Virus record (IMG/VR): IMGVR_UViG_3300020404_000088
Span: 1-55,952 of that record
Origin: a virus
Taxonomy: Duplodnaviria; Caudoviricetes
DNA length: 55,952 nucleotides
Strand: one strand, 5' to 3'
Shown: positions 52,418 to 55,952 of the stretch, piece by piece
How the letters are laid out: every line of letters starts with the position of its first letter
How positions within the stretch are numbered: position 1 is the first letter of the stretch
Position numbers and translations under genes: made by a program
The notes under the pieces: model-generated
The model's database searches: none
The model's input: only the letters and a program-made list of their open reading frames with translations
Told to the model about the DNA's origin: nothing

Positions 52418-54415
52418 TTAAGATCCTGCGACTTCAGAAAAGGCAACGCCTGATCTTGTAGCCACAAAGTTAAGTTGAATAAAATTAATAGAACGAGCAG
52501 GTTTGACAAAGATGTCAGCTCTAAATTCGTTTCTATCAATAACGTCTCCAGTGTTGTTTGAGTCGTCACAAACTACTGAGAAGTCAGTAAGACCTCTTCT
52601 ACCTTGTACATCTCTTAGGAAAGGTTCTACTAGATTTCTAAATTGTGCTCTAGTGAATTCATCATTGAATTCAAATAGTTGAAATTTAGCAGCAGTAGAG
52701 ATTGCTTTCTCTAATACGATAAACAGTCTTCTAACGTTTACTCTGTCAAAAGCACTAGGTTTAGCCTGTGCAGTCTTATCACCAAACAATACAGTACCTT
52801 GTCCAGGGAATGATACAACAGAATTTACTCTAGCCTTGTATAGTTCATCTCTCTGAGTTTGGTTTGGATTGAATGCTAATTTAACAGCACCTCTAACTTG
52901 ACCTCTATTGAATCCACCTGGTGAGAACCAAGCGTCTGCAATACTGTCAGTTCTAGCACAAAGACCAGCAATATCTCCGTTCAAAGGAACGAATCTATAA
53001 ACGTCATTGTATCTGTCGTACATATATTTGTAACCACTATCAATTACAGCATAACTTGTTGATGGTAAACCATCAGCAAATCCTACTACGTTTTGAGTTT
53101 GTGTGATTGCATTTGAAACACCAACTACGTCTGCTCTTGCAGGTGATATGAAAGCAACACAATCTTTTCTTGATGTTGCGATATCCATAACAGCAGTCGC
53201 TTTTGTATCTCCAGTAGCGTCAGCAGTTGTTTGAGAAGGTCCACATAATAGTAAACTTAAATCAACATTTTCTTTGTCGTTAAATTTTTCATATGCAGTA
53301 GCGATCTCAGCGTTAGTAGCAGCATAATCGTCTGTACCACTTGTTAGTGAGTAAGTCTTCACAACAAAAGCATCCCCTTGAGTATTATCGAAAGTTGTAC
53401 CTTTCTTAGCAGTACCTGAGTTTGCAAGTGTAGTTTCGTGATCCATTACATACACAAATTTAGATTGTGCATAGATAACATCAGCGAAGAAGTTTGAACT
53501 ACCAGTAGAAGTTTTAGCATCTGAAGCCTGTGAAACACCTTCGAAAGTTTCTAGGATTGTTCCAGCAGTTCCTGAGATTCCGCCATCTTCATCTACCACT
53601 ACGATATGCATTTCATCATTTGAACCACCAGCAGCAGATACATCATCTGAAGTTGTTGGTGCGTTAGAAAATTGAAAGTAGTATTCCCAATGTCTTAGGA
53701 CTTTAGCATTATCTTCAACAGCGTGTCTTAAACCACCAGTTTCAGTTGCTCCTGTCTGAGGATTAAATCTTGCGATTGTTAATAAGTTTGTTGATATTGC
53801 AGTTATTTTGTAAAAGAATCCAGAAGGTGCACCTGAAGTTGAAGGTACATTACTTGAGTCACCGAATTCTAAAATGTCGCCAACTTGCATTAAACTACCA
53901 TCATCAACAGATATTGATGTGTCTCCGATAGCAGCAGTTGCGTCATTAACTAGATTACCACTCATTGAGTGCGGTCCGAAAGCAGTAGAGTTAGAACATA
54001 CAGAAATTTTTAAACTGTTTCCTAATGTTCCTGCTTCTCTAGCAGCGTAAGGTCCAACAGCAGCAGCAAAACTTGCAGCTGATGAATAGTTATCTAAGTA
54101 GTCAGTTGTATTTTTTATTAAGATAGCAGTTCCAGATACACAAGCATTTACCATACCAGTGATCGGTCTTACTACCTTCAGATTGTTTCCGTAACCTAAA
54201 AAGTTTGCAGCCGTAAAGAATTCTTCAAAGTTAGATGAGTTTGGTTTTCCAAATGTTTCAACTAATTCTTGTTCAGATGAAATAGTAGTAATCTCATCAA
54301 TAGGTCCTTTTTCTGCTGTCATAACGATTCCACCAGAAGATGTTGATACTGCTGGTACGATATTCGTTAGATCCTTTTCAGTCACATTAACACCTGGTGA
54401 TACTTGAAAAGCCAT
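52418..54415 (-). CDS. gp18: tail sheath protein
   Basis: SPGVNVTEKD, WFSPGGFNRG, LFGDKT, FDRVNVRRLF, KPARSINFI. Confidence 0.98.
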   Translation of the reverse strand: MAFQVSPGVNVTEKDLTNIVPAVSTSSGGIVMTAEKGPIDEITTISSEQELVETFGKPNSSNFEEFFTAANFLGYGNNLKVVRPITGMVNACVSGTAILIKNTTDYLDNYSSAASFAAAVGPYAAREAGTLGNSLKISVCSNSTAFGPHSMSGNLVNDATAAIGDTSISVDDGSLMQVGDILEFGDSSNVPSTSGAPSGFFYKITAISTNLLTIARFNPQTGATETGGLRHAVEDNAKVLRHWEYYFQFSNAPTTSDDVSAAGGSNDEMHIVVVDEDGGISGTAGTILETFEGVSQASDAKTSTGSSNFFADVIYAQSKFVYVMDHETTLANSGTAKKGTTFDNTQGDAFVVKTYSLTSGTDDYAATNAEIATAYEKFNDKENVDLSLLLCGPSQTTADATGDTKATAVMDIATSRKDCVAFISPARADVVGVSNAITQTQNVVGFADGLPSTSYAVIDSGYKYMYDRYNDVYRFVPLNGDIAGLCARTDSIADAWFSPGGFNRGQVRGAVKLAFNPNQTQRDELYKARVNSVVSFPGQGTVLFGDKTAQAKPSAFDRVNVRRLFIVLEKAISTAAKFQLFEFNDEFTRAQFRNLVEPFLRDVQGRRGLTDFSVVCDDSNNTGDVIDRNEFRADIFVKPARSINFIQLNFVATRSGVAFSEVAGS

Positions 54416-54476
54416 GTTTAGTTCTCCTTAATATTAATATTAATCTTTGTTAGTTATGTAACCCTTTTACTTTAGA

Positions 54477-54484
54477 TATTTATA
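54477..54484 (-). promoter_or_regulatory. T4-type late promoter (gp18)
   Basis: Intergenic TATAAATA. Confidence 0.8.
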
Positions 54485-54500
54485 TGTATCAAAATCTATA

Positions 54501-55952
54501 CTATTCGCCCTTACGATAAGTGACTGGTCGCCATATCTCACCTGCGTCAACAAAATAACCGTCATTTCCTTCAGGATCATTTAAACCGTCATCTATAAAC
54601 CCAAAAGGCGCCATATCTGATTCTATTGCGTTTTGTTGTTCGGTAAACATTTGACCCCTTACATCAACATTCGTCAACTCTTTAAAATATCTTTGATTGG
54701 CAACCCAAGAAAAGATAACTAGACACATCACTAAATCATCATGAGCACCTTGTTCAGCCTCAAAAGATTTTCCTCGAGAAATAAAAGTTGATAACTCAGA
54801 CATAATATCAAAATCTTGAATCAATAACTTATCACCTTCTATCAGACTTTTCAGATTTGAAGTTCCGATTTTTTTTGTACCCTTTGTCATTCTTAAACCT
54901 AATTGATTACCTCTACCACTAAAGCCGCCACCTAATACTTGACCTGCTCTACCACGTTGTGTGACCATCATCATATTATCATACTCTAGCTCGAATTGCA
55001 TTGCGTCTGCCACCTGTTGACCTAGATCGTTTATCTCTATCAACACATACGCTTTGTTATAGTAATCGCCTATCTTCTTTATCATATTTGGAAATACAAT
55101 TGGCTTGATATTGTTGTTTCGATACTTCGCAACAATCTTGTAGGGCGCTGTTGTAGCATCTATGACTATGAAAGCTGAATAATCGTTATTGATACCTCTT
55201 GCAACATCAACAGTTATAACATAAGTATGATCTTTTTTCGGCATCTCGTAAACATCTAATCCATCGGGACTTCTTTTAGGATCAACAATGGCCATTGTCT
55301 TTAATTTTTGTGCATTGATAAGTGTATCAACACTACCTAAGAACTCACACTCGAACTCTGTCTGAAACTGTGCCTCACTCGTGTTCTTGATTGTTTGTTT
55401 CTTCCATTCATCATCACGACCAGGAACCTCTGACCAGTGTACCTCGATAGGTTTAAAAGTATTTTTCTTATTTACTGCGTCTGTCCACATCTTATAAAAC
55501 ATATTCATACCATGAGGTGTAGATACGATCATAACTTTAGATGACTTACCAGATGAGATTGTGGGATATACTGAACTAAAAAATTCTTCAGCGATATTAT
55601 TGGGTACATAGGCGAACTCATCTAAGAATATGATGTTAAAGGTACTTCCCCGAACAGCACTTGATGAAGTTGAAGCCGCAACGATTCTACTTCCGTTTTC
55701 TAGTTCTAGGGAACCTTTGTTCCAGTTAAGAACGCCTTGTTGCATCCATTTCGGCAAGTACTCGTAAGCTAATTGCAATCGCCCTAATAAATCTCTTGCC
55801 GTAGAAGATTTGTTTGCTAGTATTGCAACATTCACATTATCGTTAAATAAAACGTAATGTAAGAGGTAGGATACAATGATAGTTGACTTTCCACTCTGTC
55901 TAGGTAATTTACATATTGTAAACCTATTATCATGGAAAGTATCTACCATCTT
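54501..55952 (-). CDS. gp17: terminase large subunit (5' end outside window)
   Basis: PRQSGKST, IFLDEFA, IVSTPHG, EFECEF, VDVARG, HDDLVM. Confidence 0.97.
   Translation of the reverse strand, partial: KMVDTFHDNRFTICKLPRQSGKSTIIVSYLLHYVLFNDNVNVAILANKSSTARDLLGRLQLAYEYLPKWMQQGVLNWNKGSLELENGSRIVAASTSSSAVRGSTFNIIFLDEFAYVPNNIAEEFFSSVYPTISSGKSSKVMIVSTPHGMNMFYKMWTDAVNKKNTFKPIEVHWSEVPGRDDEWKKQTIKNTSEAQFQTEFECEFLGSVDTLINAQKLKTMAIVDPKRSPDGLDVYEMPKKDHTYVITVDVARGINNDYSAFIVIDATTAPYKIVAKYRNNNIKPIVFPNMIKKIGDYYNKAYVLIEINDLGQQVADAMQFELEYDNMMMVTQRGRAGQVLGGGFSGRGNQLGLRMTKGTKKIGTSNLKSLIEGDKLLIQDFDIMSELSTFISRGKSFEAEQGAHDDLVMCLVIFSWVANQRYFKELTNVDVRGQMFTEQQNAIESDMAPFGFIDDGLNDPEGNDGYFVDAGEIWRPVTYRKGE

Overview
An AT-rich segment of a T4-like (Tevenvirinae/Kyanoviridae-style) marine myophage genome. 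Every credible gene is on the minus strand. Reading right to left: head/tail morphogenesis (gp17 partial, gp18, gp19, gp20, gp21, gp22, gp23, gp3), recombination/late transcription (uvsY, uvsW, gp55, gp47, gp46), an accessory block (peptide deformylase, SutA-like protein, 2OG oxygenase, GNAT, methyltransferase, vWA + CobS-like AAA, ribosomal protein bS21, a structured intergenic RNA, Hsp20), replication (gp45, gp44, gp62, regA, gp43, uvsX, gp41) with inserted methyltransferases, an MBD4-like glycosylase and a RimK-protease fusion, then cspA, tRNA-Asp and a late region of probable capsid-packaged proteins. Gene content (bS21, PDF, Hsp20, CobS, CspA) and alphaproteobacterial-type regulatory sites suggest a pelagimyophage-like virus of SAR11 or another alphaproteobacterium (inference). 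Best leads: (1) a cluster of enzymes and modular polyproteins with T4-like capsid-targeting N-termini (ligase-like, PAP2 phosphatase, Pol-beta nucleotidyltransferase, HIGH-class nucleotidyltransferase, HAD), possibly an injected nucleotide/RNA repair or anti-defence payload; (2) a ~200-nt pseudoknotted ncRNA between two late promoters; (3) host stress-regulator sites (LexA-type box, RpoH-type promoter plus ROSE-like thermometer); (4) a DNA methyltransferase ending in the same clamp-binding-like peptide as the polymerase. All family calls come from motif recognition by eye, not database searches.
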